A stretch of DNA of 64,000 nt from an uncultured Hyphomicrobiales bacterium. GTDB lineage: Bacteria > Pseudomonadota > Alphaproteobacteria > Rhizobiales > Xanthobacteraceae. The position numbers and the translations under genes are program-made. Shown one piece after another: positions 10,182 to 19,871 of this stretch. Under the pieces are notes generated by a model. It was given only the letters and a program-made list of their open reading frames with translations, was not told the origin of the DNA and did not search any database. Location: assembly GCA_903885555.1 (NCBI GenBank), contig CAISIV010000078.1:25686-89685 (forward strand), in the 5' to 3' direction. Numbering within the stretch: the first letter of the stretch is position 1; each line of letters opens with the position of its first letter.

Positions 10182-10817
10182 ATGCGGCTGACGCGAAGTG
10201 CGTTTGCGTGCGTTGTGTTGAGTTTTTTCAGTACCGCCAATGCAGCCGACTCCATTCAATGGCGCAACACGTTGCAGCCATGCGCGGGCGATTGCGCGAT
10301 TTACGTTTTTGCCGGTTCTTCGGTCGCCACCAACGTCCAGGACATCTTCTTCAAGCCGATCGGCCCTACCGCGTGGAACTACAGCGGCGGCAGCAGTGTC
10401 GGCGGCGCCGTGTCGCGCCGCATCGCCACGGTGTTCAGTGTGTTTGACATCGAAGGCGAGTTGGGAACGGCCAAGCGTTTCGGCGATCAGACCGAGGGTG
10501 AATTCTGGGGCGCGTTCTATGTGCGCTTCACCGCGTTCCCATGGAATAATTTTATTTACACCACGCTCGGACTGTCGACGGGTTTGAACTACGCCACCGG
10601 GATTTCGCAGTTCGAGAAAGATCATTCCGATCTCAATCCGCCGGGCGGCACGCACATCCAGCATTATTTCGCGCCGGAGCTGACCTTCGCCTTGCCGGAA
10701 CACAAAGACCGGCAACTGGTGTTTCGCTTGCACCATCGCTCGGGCATGTACGGACTTATCAGCGGCGCGATGAGCGGCTCGACTTACATCACCGCCGGCG
10801 TGCGGCTCTGGTTCTAG
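10182..10817 (+). CDS. Putative small outer-membrane beta-barrel (PagL/acyloxyacyl-hydrolase-like, tentative)
   Basis: Signal peptide (ANA-A), amphipathic beta-strand pattern, FRLHHRSG motif, and C-terminal YITAGVRLWF ending in Phe. Confidence 0.65.
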   Translation: MRLTRSAFACVVLSFFSTANAADSIQWRNTLQPCAGDCAIYVFAGSSVATNVQDIFFKPIGPTAWNYSGGSSVGGAVSRRIATVFSVFDIEGELGTAKRFGDQTEGEFWGAFYVRFTAFPWNNFIYTTLGLSTGLNYATGISQFEKDHSDLNPPGGTHIQHYFAPELTFALPEHKDRQLVFRLHHRSGMYGLISGAMSGSTYITAGVRLWF

Positions 10818-11293
10818 CCGGCGGGAAAAATCATGCAGGTCGTGGAGGCGTGGGCGTAGAGTTTGCCGGCGCGGTCTTTCAAATCGCCTTCCGACGTGGC
10901 CACCGTGCGGCCGCGATGGATGACGCGGCCTTCGGCGCGCACCGGGCCGGTGTCCTTGGTCAAAGCGCGGACGTAGTTGATTTTCAACTCCAGCGTCGTC
11001 CAGGTGTCGCCCTTCTTTAGCGTCGAGAAAATGGCGCAGCCCAGCGCGCTGTCGAGCAAGGTCGCGGCAAAGCCGCCGTGAATACTGCCGATCGGATTGT
11101 AGTGACGGATTTCCGGCACCCCCTCGAAGGCGACACGGCCATACTCGGCTTCGCTGCCGCTGATTGCGAACAGTTCGAAGATCGGCGGCCGTGGCAGCGT
11201 GCCGTCGATGATGGCGCGCAAAAAGCCGAGGCCGTCGTAGGAGGTCAGCACGTCTGGCGAAACGACGCCGTATTTGATCTCGTCTTCGCTCAT
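10814..11293 (-). CDS. PaaI-family thioesterase
   Basis: YNPIGSIHGGFAATLLDSALGCA hotdog-fold motif. Its start overlaps the DUF2339 stop (ATGA). Confidence 0.92.
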   Translation of the reverse strand: MSEDEIKYGVVSPDVLTSYDGLGFLRAIIDGTLPRPPIFELFAISGSEAEYGRVAFEGVPEIRHYNPIGSIHGGFAATLLDSALGCAIFSTLKKGDTWTTLELKINYVRALTKDTGPVRAEGRVIHRGRTVATSEGDLKDRAGKLYAHASTTCMIFPAG

Positions 11294-13977
11294 GCACCGT
11301 CTCCCGGTGGCGAAGCGGCAGGTGTTGCAGGCGGGCTTTGCGCCGGAAACAGCAGCTTCTGATACAGCCAGCCGATACCGACCAGCACGGCGCCGAGTCC
11401 GATAAAGGACAAGGCGCGGAAAATGCCTTCCAATCCGGACATATCAACGAGGAAAACCTTGGCGATGGTGAGGGCCACCACCGCGGCGGAGGCCATGCGG
11501 GCCGGCTGCGAGCGCAGCAGGAAGCCTGCGATCAGAAGAGCGACGCCGAAGGAGAGCCAGACGGCCGAGTAGGAATACTGCTCGGCGTCGGTCGTTATGC
11601 CGCGTGACAGGAACGGTCCGTGGAACAGCAGGCGTACCTGCAGCGTGAAGTAGGCGATCGCCAGCGCCACCGCTGTCGCCGCGGCGAGATAGCGATAGCC
11701 CAGCGGCCGGCTATGGCGCGCGACCAGCGCCAGGCTTGCCGCCAGCAGCGCAGGGATGCCGTAGCCGAGCAGGATGAGATTGAAGAACGTGCCGCCGACC
11801 GGCCTGCCGGTGAACAGCGGATTGACCGTCAGTGCTAGCCCAAAGACGATCGCGGCAAATGTCAGCGCGCCAATGACCAGGGCGCCGAGATTGTGCACGA
11901 TGCTGTTGCTGCGACCGCGCAGCCATTCGAGACCGATGGTCATCGCCAGACCGACCGAAACCTGCATGGCAATTTCCGCCAGCGCGGTCGACTCGCGAAA
12001 CAGGTCGCCATTGTTCATGTAATGGCGAATTTCCAGCATCGCGAGCAGGACCGTGAATAGAATCGCGGCCGACTCCGCTGCGCGCGCCGGAGCATCGTCG
12101 GCGCGCCGCCGCAGCAGATAACCGGCGTACCAGAACGACACTGCAGGCACGCCATAGCCGTAGAGCAGCCAGTTGAAGATCGGCGTGGTGCCGAGATCAT
12201 TGCCGACGATGCGCGGCTCGTAGCCGACGCGGAGCAACACGAGGCCGGTCACGACAGCGGCGAGTTTGCGCAACGCCGGCAGCGGCCGTTGCTCTGAGAT
12301 CCAGGCGATGCCGGGGACCATCAACGCAAGACCGACGGTCAGCCAGCCTTTGTCGAGGGCGAAGGTCAGTGCCAGCGCCAGGCCGGCCACCGCGCCGGTG
12401 GCAAAGATGGCGGCCGATCCTGCGACGCCTGGACGGGGCTCGCGCCTCGTCAGCAACTCGGTGGCGTAGCCATAGAGGCCCGCGAGCACGAGCGCGAGGA
12501 CGGCAAACGGGATCGAGCGATCGAAGGCGGCGATACGCAGGTCGAGCGCGATTAATATTGCGACCGGGACGGCTACCGCTGTGCCGCTCCAGAGCAGCGC
12601 CGCGCGCGGATTTTCCGAGCGGCCTTGCGCCGCAAAGCCTGAAAGACCGAACAGGGCAGCCAAGAGGGCGCTGACGGCGAGATGCAAGCCGGTGCCTGTC
12701 GGCGGATCGGGGATAGCGCCGCCCGTCACACCCGCCGGCAGCACGAAATCTTCAAAGACCTCCGGCGCGCACCAGTGGAGGATGACAACAACCGTCATCA
12801 ATCCGGCGGCGGGCAGTGCCCACAGCGTGGCCTCGGTGCGCCACGTGATCGCGACGGTCGCCGCGGTCATGATCGAGAAGACGGCAAGCGCCGCCGGATC
12901 ATGGTCGCTGGCGATCGCAAGGATGGCGGCCATCAGGAGATATCCGCCGATCGCGCCCGACGAAATCTCGTCGATTTTCCCGGGCTCGCCGCTCGGGCCA
13001 AACAGTAATCCTGAAACGATCAGCGCCGCGGCCAGCGCAAATCCTGCGATCACGTGGAAGAGGTGCGCGCCGAGTGCGTCGACCTGCGGAAGATCGATCC
13101 CGGGAAACGTCCACAACGCACCCAGCACAACGGCGGTGACGGCAAGCCAGCGCCAGAGTCTGGCGCGCGCCAGCGCGAAGGCGGCGGCGGTGACGATGGC
13201 AAGATAGATATACAACGCCCAATAGTTCGGGGCGTCTGACGGGATCAGCACCGGCGTGACGAAGGCGCCCGCGAGGCCAAGACCGGCCAGCGCCGGACCA
13301 TGCAGCAGCGCGGCGGCGAGCGTTGCCAGCGCGACGAGGCCCAGCAGAATGAAAGCCACGGGTGGCGACAGGAAGCCGTACAACGCGAAGGCGGCGTAGA
13401 CCGTCGCATAGGCCGCAACGGTGCCGGCCGCGGTCAGGATGCTGGGAATATGCTGGGTGGGGATGCCGACTGCCCCGGTGGCGAGTTCGTTGCGTCGTGT
13501 CCATTCGCCGGTGACGATCAGCAGCGCGGCAAACAGCGCGCCAAAAAATACCCGCATGCCCGGGCCGAGCAGGCCTTGCTCAATCGAATAGCGCACGAGG
13601 AAGATGCCGCCGAGCGCCAGCGCCAGACCGCCGATCCACACCACCCACTTGGTGCCAAACTTTTCTTCCAGCGTCGTCGATGGTGGCGCGGGCGCCGCCG
13701 CAGCAACCGGAGGAACGGAAGTTGTTGGTTCAACGGTGGCCGGTTCCGGCGCGGGCGTTTCGACGATGGGGGCTGGCTTGATGATGGTAGCGGCCACGGG
13801 GGCCGCTTCGGGCGCGGCCGCCAGTGGCGTGACTGCTTGGCCCGCTTGAAACGCGGCGAGACGCCGCTCCAACTGCCGCACCTGGTCGCGTGCGCCGATC
13901 GCCATCACCAGTGCGACGATGGAAATGACCGGGAAGGCCACCAGCAGCAGAACGCCGAATACGATTAGAGTTTCCAT
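11290..13977 (-). CDS. DUF2339 large polytopic membrane protein
   Basis: LEEKFGTKWVVWIGGLALALG and C-terminal KVFLVDMSGLEGIFRALSFIGLG, with many TM segments. Start set at ATG 13977. Confidence 0.88.
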   Translation of the reverse strand: METLIVFGVLLLVAFPVISIVALVMAIGARDQVRQLERRLAAFQAGQAVTPLAAAPEAAPVAATIIKPAPIVETPAPEPATVEPTTSVPPVAAAAPAPPSTTLEEKFGTKWVVWIGGLALALGGIFLVRYSIEQGLLGPGMRVFFGALFAALLIVTGEWTRRNELATGAVGIPTQHIPSILTAAGTVAAYATVYAAFALYGFLSPPVAFILLGLVALATLAAALLHGPALAGLGLAGAFVTPVLIPSDAPNYWALYIYLAIVTAAAFALARARLWRWLAVTAVVLGALWTFPGIDLPQVDALGAHLFHVIAGFALAAALIVSGLLFGPSGEPGKIDEISSGAIGGYLLMAAILAIASDHDPAALAVFSIMTAATVAITWRTEATLWALPAAGLMTVVVILHWCAPEVFEDFVLPAGVTGGAIPDPPTGTGLHLAVSALLAALFGLSGFAAQGRSENPRAALLWSGTAVAVPVAILIALDLRIAAFDRSIPFAVLALVLAGLYGYATELLTRREPRPGVAGSAAIFATGAVAGLALALTFALDKGWLTVGLALMVPGIAWISEQRPLPALRKLAAVVTGLVLLRVGYEPRIVGNDLGTTPIFNWLLYGYGVPAVSFWYAGYLLRRRADDAPARAAESAAILFTVLLAMLEIRHYMNNGDLFRESTALAEIAMQVSVGLAMTIGLEWLRGRSNSIVHNLGALVIGALTFAAIVFGLALTVNPLFTGRPVGGTFFNLILLGYGIPALLAASLALVARHSRPLGYRYLAAATAVALAIAYFTLQVRLLFHGPFLSRGITTDAEQYSYSAVWLSFGVALLIAGFLLRSQPARMASAAVVALTIAKVFLVDMSGLEGIFRALSFIGLGAVLVGIGWLYQKLLFPAQSPPATPAASPPGDGA

Positions 13978-14067
13978 GTCGCCCCCCGGCCGATGCACAG
14001 TTCGCGGCAATGGTAGTGGGCTGCAATGCGATAGGATAGGGGACAGCGCGCCTGTGGACTGCGCCCG

Positions 14068-14574
14068 TTAGAGCAGGTCGAGGCGGAATGGAATGCCTTC
14101 TTCGGCGTCCTGGCCGGGGCCGAGGCTGTCGATAGCGCGGACCATGCGGCCATCGCGCTTGAGTAGTTTATCGGCAAGCGCGACGATGGCCGCGTTCGGC
14201 TTGGCCGTGCGCGAGGATTCGCGGATCGCTTGCGCGATCTGCATCTCGTCGCGTTGCGGATTGAGCGCGCAGGCAGCGGTGAAAGCCGCCGCGGTCGAGC
14301 GGCTGATGCCGGCATAGCAGTGCACGACCATCGGCGCGCTGCGGTCCCAGCGTGTCGCGAAATCGATGAGCTGCTGGACGTGTTCCTGCGCCGGAACCGT
14401 CATGCCGTCCATCGGCGCGGAAATGTCGTCGATCGACAGGATGAGATGATTTTCCGCCGCAATATGGCTCGGCCGCGTCACCTTGTCGGTGAACCGCAGC
14501 AGCGTGACGATATGACGGGCCTTGGTCTCGTCGACCGTGGCGTGCAGGCGTGCGAGCGAGCAGACGTGTATCAT
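14068..14574 (-). CDS. Protein tyrosine/dual-specificity phosphatase-like protein
   Basis: CX5R P-loop HCYAGISRS. Confidence 0.9.
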   Translation of the reverse strand: MIHVCSLARLHATVDETKARHIVTLLRFTDKVTRPSHIAAENHLILSIDDISAPMDGMTVPAQEHVQQLIDFATRWDRSAPMVVHCYAGISRSTAAAFTAACALNPQRDEMQIAQAIRESSRTAKPNAAIVALADKLLKRDGRMVRAIDSLGPGQDAEEGIPFRLDLL

Positions 14575-14594
14575 GGCGGCTTTCTAGGACGGCT

Positions 14595-15206
14595 TCAGGC
14601 GCGAAGCAATTTCTCGAATCGCTCGCGGTAGGTCTTTTCGGCAGTACCGGCCGGCCACGGCGTCAGGTAGTCGCGTTCGATCGCCGCGGAGAATTTCGGC
14701 GGTTGGCCGAAGAACTTGCGCGCCTCGTCGTCTTCAAAGCCGGCCAGCCGTGTCGCTTCGAGATAGGCGGCGGCGCGGTCGGCCGCCTTGATCATGGCCG
14801 TCATCGTCTCCGGGATTTTCGCCGGCAATCCGAAGCGCAGATGGATCGCGGCCAGCAGGCGGTGCTCGACCGCCTTGTAGCTATCGCCGATGACGGCTTT
14901 GAAGGGCGAGATCATGTCGCCGATGACGTATTCCGGCGCGTCGTGCAGCAGCAGCGCGAGCCGCGCGGTGCGGTCGAGGCGCGAGGTCTTGGCGCGCGCG
15001 ACGGCTTCCACCAGCAGCGAGTGCTGCGCCACCGAAAAGATGTGAGAGCCCTTGGTTTGTCCGTTCCAGCGCGCAACACGTGCGAGACCGTGAGCGATGT
15101 CTTCCAGTTCAACATCGAGCGGTGAAGGGTCGAGCAGATCGAGCCGCCGTCCCGACAGCATGCGCTGCCAGGCGCGTCGGCTTTTCGCGGCGGGAGGCTT
15201 GGTCAT
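14595..15206 (-). CDS. HD-domain phosphohydrolase (YfbR/YfdR-like)
   Basis: DIAHGLARVARWNGQT, FSVAQHS, LLHDAPEY. Start at 15206 overlaps the tag stop. Confidence 0.9.
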   Translation of the reverse strand: MTKPPAAKSRRAWQRMLSGRRLDLLDPSPLDVELEDIAHGLARVARWNGQTKGSHIFSVAQHSLLVEAVARAKTSRLDRTARLALLLHDAPEYVIGDMISPFKAVIGDSYKAVEHRLLAAIHLRFGLPAKIPETMTAMIKAADRAAAYLEATRLAGFEDDEARKFFGQPPKFSAAIERDYLTPWPAGTAEKTYRERFEKLLRA

Positions 15207-15823
15207 TTCCGTTTCGTCGGCTTTTTCGCGAGCTTGGCGCAAGCGTCGTGGCGGTGGCAGGTCGTCAGATGATCGTTGACCATACCGACCGCCTGCATGA
15301 AGGCATAAACGATCGTCGGCCCGACGAATTTGAAGCCGTGACCGATCAATTCCTTCGACATTCCCAACGCAATGTCGTTGCTGGTCGGGATCTGCTTGCT
15401 CGAGCGGAATTTGTGATCATGCGGCTTGTCGCCGAGATGCGCCCACAGCATTTTCGAGAAGCCGGGGCCGCTTTCCATGATCTTCAGAAAGGATTTCGCC
15501 GAATTGACCGCGCCCTCGATCTTGGCGCGGTTGCGCACGATGCCGGCGTCCTGCATCAGGCGCTCGACTTTCTTCGGCGTATAGCGCGCGATCTTTTCCG
15601 GATCGAAATCGTCGAAGGCAGCGCGGAAGTTGTCTCGCTTGCGCAGGATCGTGATCCACGACAGCCCGGCCTGGAAACCGTCGAGCATCAGCTTTTCGTA
15701 GAGCGCGCGGTCGTCCCACTCAGGCACGCCCCATTCGGTGTCGTGATATTTGACGTAGAGCGGGTCGAGCGTCGCCCAAGAGCAACGCTTGATGCCGTCG
15801 GCGTGCAGGAGAGGTCCGCTCAT
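15203..15823 (-). CDS. tag: DNA-3-methyladenine glycosylase I
   Basis: RCSW..YHDTEWG, FQAGLSWITILRKR, FKFVGPTIVYAFMQAVGMVNDH. Confidence 0.95.
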   Translation of the reverse strand: MSGPLLHADGIKRCSWATLDPLYVKYHDTEWGVPEWDDRALYEKLMLDGFQAGLSWITILRKRDNFRAAFDDFDPEKIARYTPKKVERLMQDAGIVRNRAKIEGAVNSAKSFLKIMESGPGFSKMLWAHLGDKPHDHKFRSSKQIPTSNDIALGMSKELIGHGFKFVGPTIVYAFMQAVGMVNDHLTTCHRHDACAKLAKKPTKRK

Positions 15824-16722
15824 GATGCCGCTTTGGTGTCGCCCGGCCACGGGAACGTTGCCCAGTCCGGTTTCGAAAGGTGGAGTTCGACGCCGCCGGA
15901 GATGACCGGCGTTCCGGCGGCCATCGCCTCGGCGACGCGGTCGAGCCGCAGCATGGCAAGGCCGCGGCCGGTGTTGGACGAACCCATCGTGCCGACCGGC
16001 TTTTCACCTGCCGTCACCGGCAACCCGGCGAGCGGCGCGTTCTCGAATTCGACCGGCACCACGCGGCTGCGCGCAGTGTGGCGATGCTCGACGCGGGACA
16101 CGACTTCCTGGCCGACATAGCAGCCTTTGTCGAAATCGACGCCGCCGAGCTGGTCCATGTTGGCTTCGTGCGGGAAGGTATCGCCATAGATGAAGTCGTT
16201 GCCGCCGCGCGGCACGCCGAGCGCGATGCGATGAGCGTCGTAAACTTCGGGCTCGACGAATGCCGCGCCGAGATCGGCGGCGGCTTCCGCAGCTTGCGGC
16301 GGCGGCAGGATGACGCGCGAACCGAGCGCGGGCAGCCGCGGATCGGTGAAGCTCAGGCCGTAATCGCTGGCCGCCGGTTCGCTGCCCCAGACAGCCATGA
16401 CACCGAGTGCATTCGACAGGTCCTCGACGATGATTTTCGCGCGCAATTTGTAGAACTTGAGCTTCTCGACCAGTGCCGGCGCCAGTGCGCGTGGGCAATC
16501 GAGAAAAAAGCCGCCGCCGTCCTCGGCCGGGGCTTCGGTGACGATGAAATCCACCACGATCTTGCCTTGTGGCGTCAGCAGCGCGGCAAAGCGCGCCGTG
16601 CCCGGCGCGACCTTGCCGATGTCGTTGGTGGCGAGGCCATTGAGGAAGTGCCGGGCGTCGTCGCCCGCCACCTTCACCACGCCTCGTTCGGGAAGCAGCG
16701 CTGCCTGCATGTGGGTACTCAT
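15820..16722 (-). CDS. ygfZ: Folate-binding Fe-S repair protein YgfZ
   Basis: Signature FDKGCYVGQE, plus LLTPQGKI. Confidence 0.95.
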   Translation of the reverse strand: MSTHMQAALLPERGVVKVAGDDARHFLNGLATNDIGKVAPGTARFAALLTPQGKIVVDFIVTEAPAEDGGGFFLDCPRALAPALVEKLKFYKLRAKIIVEDLSNALGVMAVWGSEPAASDYGLSFTDPRLPALGSRVILPPPQAAEAAADLGAAFVEPEVYDAHRIALGVPRGGNDFIYGDTFPHEANMDQLGGVDFDKGCYVGQEVVSRVEHRHTARSRVVPVEFENAPLAGLPVTAGEKPVGTMGSSNTGRGLAMLRLDRVAEAMAAGTPVISGGVELHLSKPDWATFPWPGDTKAAS

Positions 16723-16820
16723 CGCTAATCTCTTGCCAGAACTCGCGGCGAAACGTAAGCGCTGTTGGACATCTCTCAAGAGCCCTTGCCTCAAGAGCCC
16801 CTGTTTAGAGCCGGTTTAAC

Positions 16821-18158
16821 ATGGCCGAAACCTACGATCTGATCCTCAAGGGCGGCACCGTCGTCAATCAGGACGGCGAGGGCCTGCGCGATATCGGTAT
16901 CCGCGCCGGCCGGTTTGCCGTCATTGGCGACCTTTCGCGCGCTTCGGCCGGCGAAATTATCGACTGCAAGGGCCTGCATCTGCTGCCAGGCGTGATGGAT
17001 ACGCACACCCATATGCGCGAGCCCGGCCTCACGCATAAGGAGGATCTGGAAAGCGGTTCGCGCGGCGCGGTGCTGGGAGGCGTTACGGCGGTGTTCGAAA
17101 TGCCGAACACCGACCCGTTGACGGTCACGGCCGAGGCCGTCGCCGACAAGGTCAAGCGCGGTCACCACCGCATGCATTGCGATTTTGCGTTCTACGTCGG
17201 CGCCACGCGCGAAAACACCAAAGATCTCGCCGAGCTGGAAATGCTGCCGGGCGTTGCCGGCGTCAAAGTGTTCATGGGCTCGTCGACCGGCTCGCTGCTG
17301 ATTGAGGACGACGAGGGCGTACGTAACGTCCTCAAGGCGATCCGCCGCCGTTCTTCCTACCACTCCGAGGACGAGTATCGCCTGCGCGAACGCATGGGCG
17401 AGCGCATCGATGGCGATCCGCGTTCGCATCCGGTCTGGCGCGATGCCAAGGCCGCGCTGATGTGCACGCAGCGGCTGATCGCGCTGGCGAAAGAAACGGG
17501 CAAGCGCGTTCACGTGCTGCACGTCACCAGCCGCGACGAGATGGAATTCTTGGCCGGCCACAAGGACGTCGCCACGGCGGAATGCACGCCGCACCATCTG
17601 ACGATGGCCGCGCCGGAGGCTTACGAGAAACACGGCGTCTACGCGCAGATTAATCCGCCGATCCGAGATGCCTCGCACCGCGCGGGCTTGTGGCACGGCA
17701 TCGCCCAGGGCGTTGTCGATACTCTGGGGTCCGATCATTCGCCGCACACCCGCGAAGAAAAGTCGCAGCCCTATCCGAAGGCGCATTCCGGCATTACCGG
17801 CGTACAGACATACGTTCCGATCATGCTCGACCACGTCAACGCCGGACGGCTGACCTTGCAGCGCTTTGTCGATCTCTCCAGCGCCGGACCTGCCCGGGTG
17901 TTCGGCATGGCCAACAAAGGCCGGATCGCGGTCGGCTACGACGCCGACGTGACCGTGGTCGATATGAAGCGCCGCGAGACCATCACCAATCAGTGGATCG
18001 CTTCGCGCGCCGGGTGGACGACCTATGACGGTACGTCCGTAACGGGCTGGCCGGTCGGCACGCTGGTGCGCGGCTTCAAGGCGATGTGGGACGGCACCCT
18101 GGTTGACGCCGGAAAAGGCGAGCGCGTGCGCTTTCTCGAAGCCTTGGGTTGTGCGTAA
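16821..18158 (+). CDS. pyrC: Dihydroorotase (amidohydrolase superfamily)
   Basis: DTHTHMREPG, VFEMPNT, HVLHVTS, ECTPHHL, LGSDHSPH. Confidence 0.85.
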   Translation: MAETYDLILKGGTVVNQDGEGLRDIGIRAGRFAVIGDLSRASAGEIIDCKGLHLLPGVMDTHTHMREPGLTHKEDLESGSRGAVLGGVTAVFEMPNTDPLTVTAEAVADKVKRGHHRMHCDFAFYVGATRENTKDLAELEMLPGVAGVKVFMGSSTGSLLIEDDEGVRNVLKAIRRRSSYHSEDEYRLRERMGERIDGDPRSHPVWRDAKAALMCTQRLIALAKETGKRVHVLHVTSRDEMEFLAGHKDVATAECTPHHLTMAAPEAYEKHGVYAQINPPIRDASHRAGLWHGIAQGVVDTLGSDHSPHTREEKSQPYPKAHSGITGVQTYVPIMLDHVNAGRLTLQRFVDLSSAGPARVFGMANKGRIAVGYDADVTVVDMKRRETITNQWIASRAGWTTYDGTSVTGWPVGTLVRGFKAMWDGTLVDAGKGERVRFLEALGCA

Positions 18159-18302
18159 AGTTCCATCGGCGTAGTTGTCCCCAAGCTTTTCACGCAACGC
18201 TGCTCTGTGGAATTGCAAAGCTTACGCGACTGTCTATCAACGGTAACTGAACACCCAAATACATCTCGGATGTCCTCCGGGAAGGTGGGGCGGGACTGAT
18301 AC

Positions 18303-19049
18303 ATGGCCGGCGATCTGATGTCGCTTCGCATATTGGTGGTCGCGGCTGCGTTGCCGGACCACGAGTACTGGCATCAGGCAGTGGCCAAAGCACCGGTGCC
18401 TATCGAACTGGAAATTCTTGAAGTCGCACAGGCCGCGACGCTGCTATCCAGAGCCGGCACCGACGTTTGTATCCTGGATGCGGATTTGTCCGATGCCCAC
18501 AAAACTATTTTGATTAAAGCCGCGCGCGCGGCACCGCCGCCGCCTCTGATTTTCATGGCAGGGCCGAAGGACTCATCGCGGCCCGAAGGCATCGATGGTG
18601 TTGTCGCCAGACCCGCCAATGATGCAGAGGCTGACACTCTGGTCAATCTCTGTGTCCGCGCCAAGATTCCGACGCGCGTGCTGGTGGTCGATGACTCCGG
18701 CACCATGCGCAGCATCGTCAAAAAGATTTTGCTGGCGAGTCACTTCTCGTTGAACATCCAGGAAGCGGTCGAAGGCAGCGCGGCGCTCGAGCGCCTGCGC
18801 ACCGAAAAATTCGGGATTGTCTTTCTCGACTACAACATGCCGGGGCTGAACGGCTTTGAGACTTTGCTGGAGATCAAGCGGGAGTCTCCGAACGTCGCGG
18901 TGGTGATGATGACTTCGACGCTCGACAACGCTATCGCCGATCGCGCGAATGCGGCGGGCGCACTGGCATTTCTCAAGAAGCCGTTTTACCCGGCCGATGT
19001 CGATGCGTTGCTGGAGCGCTATTACGGCCTGAACGTGCCGCGCAGTTAG
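18303..19049 (+). CDS. Response regulator with divergent N-terminal REC-like domain and intact C-terminal REC; no output domain
   Basis: C-terminal VLVVDDS...IVFLDYNMPGLNG...FLKKPF. The N-terminal half has only a partial REC pattern (DVCILDADL). Confidence 0.85.
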   Translation: MAGDLMSLRILVVAAALPDHEYWHQAVAKAPVPIELEILEVAQAATLLSRAGTDVCILDADLSDAHKTILIKAARAAPPPPLIFMAGPKDSSRPEGIDGVVARPANDAEADTLVNLCVRAKIPTRVLVVDDSGTMRSIVKKILLASHFSLNIQEAVEGSAALERLRTEKFGIVFLDYNMPGLNGFETLLEIKRESPNVAVVMMTSTLDNAIADRANAAGALAFLKKPFYPADVDALLERYYGLNVPRS

Positions 19050-19058
19050 TCTCGTGCG

Positions 19059-19328
19059 CTACTGCCGCTTCTGCTGCTCGAGCGAAAATTCGCCGTTGCG
19101 GATGCGGGCGCCGAGACCTTCGGTGAAGGTGGCCGCTGCTTCCTCGCCATAGGTGGTGACGAATTCGGCGAGCGCGGCAAACAGGCAGGCCTGCGCGAGA
19201 CAATCGCCATCGATACCATCGAGGCGCGCTTCGGCCCAGGCTTCATGCAGGTAGCCGAGGGCCACGCGCTTCTGCTCGTGATCCGGTACCGGCTCGCGTG
19301 TCTGAGTGTCTCGGCCCGCTGTCGTCAT
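19059..19328 (-). CDS. Small conserved-looking hypothetical protein
   Basis: Helical core ALGYLHEAWAEARLDGIDGDCLAQACLFAAL...YGEE. Start set at ATG 19328. Confidence 0.7.
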   Translation of the reverse strand: MTTAGRDTQTREPVPDHEQKRVALGYLHEAWAEARLDGIDGDCLAQACLFAALAEFVTTYGEEAAATFTEGLGARIRNGEFSLEQQKRQ

Positions 19329-19447
19329 TGTCACCTTCGTCCCCTGGCGCCCACTGCGGACGCCAGTCCTAAATCCCGAAACGGACGTTAGCATGCGCGG
19401 CAGGCGGTCCAAGCCGGCACGTAAAGGAAAGGTTAATATGCGTGGGA

Positions 19448-19822
19448 CTAGTTGGCGTAACGCGCCGTGATTTCGCGTGCGATTTTAGCGCCTTCGTCGA
19501 GATAGCGGCGAATCGCGATATTCGCGGCCGGGGTGCAGGTCCGATAAGTCTGTTGAAAACCCCGGTAACCACGATTGAAGCTCGCCACGATCAGGCGCCG
19601 CCGTTCGCCGGAGGGCGCCTCGGCGTCGATCAGGCTCTGCATCTCGTTGCGCCATTTCTGGCCTTCATTGGGGCCGCAGATGCCGCGCAGATATTGCAGC
19701 GAGCCGAGGATCTCGCCGAGCCGCTGCAGGTCGTTGTCGAATGGCGCGGGATCGCCTTCGGCCGCGCGCACCGGCAGCGTCAGGCACAGCAGGACAGACG
19801 CGATGGCGAGCAAGGTTCTCAT
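19448..19822 (-). CDS. TIGR02301-family exported protein
   Basis: Signal peptide, LGEILGSLQYLRGIC, WRNEMQSLIDAEAP, FNRGYRGFQQTYRTCT. Confidence 0.88.
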   Translation of the reverse strand: MRTLLAIASVLLCLTLPVRAAEGDPAPFDNDLQRLGEILGSLQYLRGICGPNEGQKWRNEMQSLIDAEAPSGERRRLIVASFNRGYRGFQQTYRTCTPAANIAIRRYLDEGAKIAREITARYAN

Positions 19823-19871
19823 TGTGGCGATTGATATGCCCTTGGTCTGAGGCAATCGCAAGGCAGTGCCG

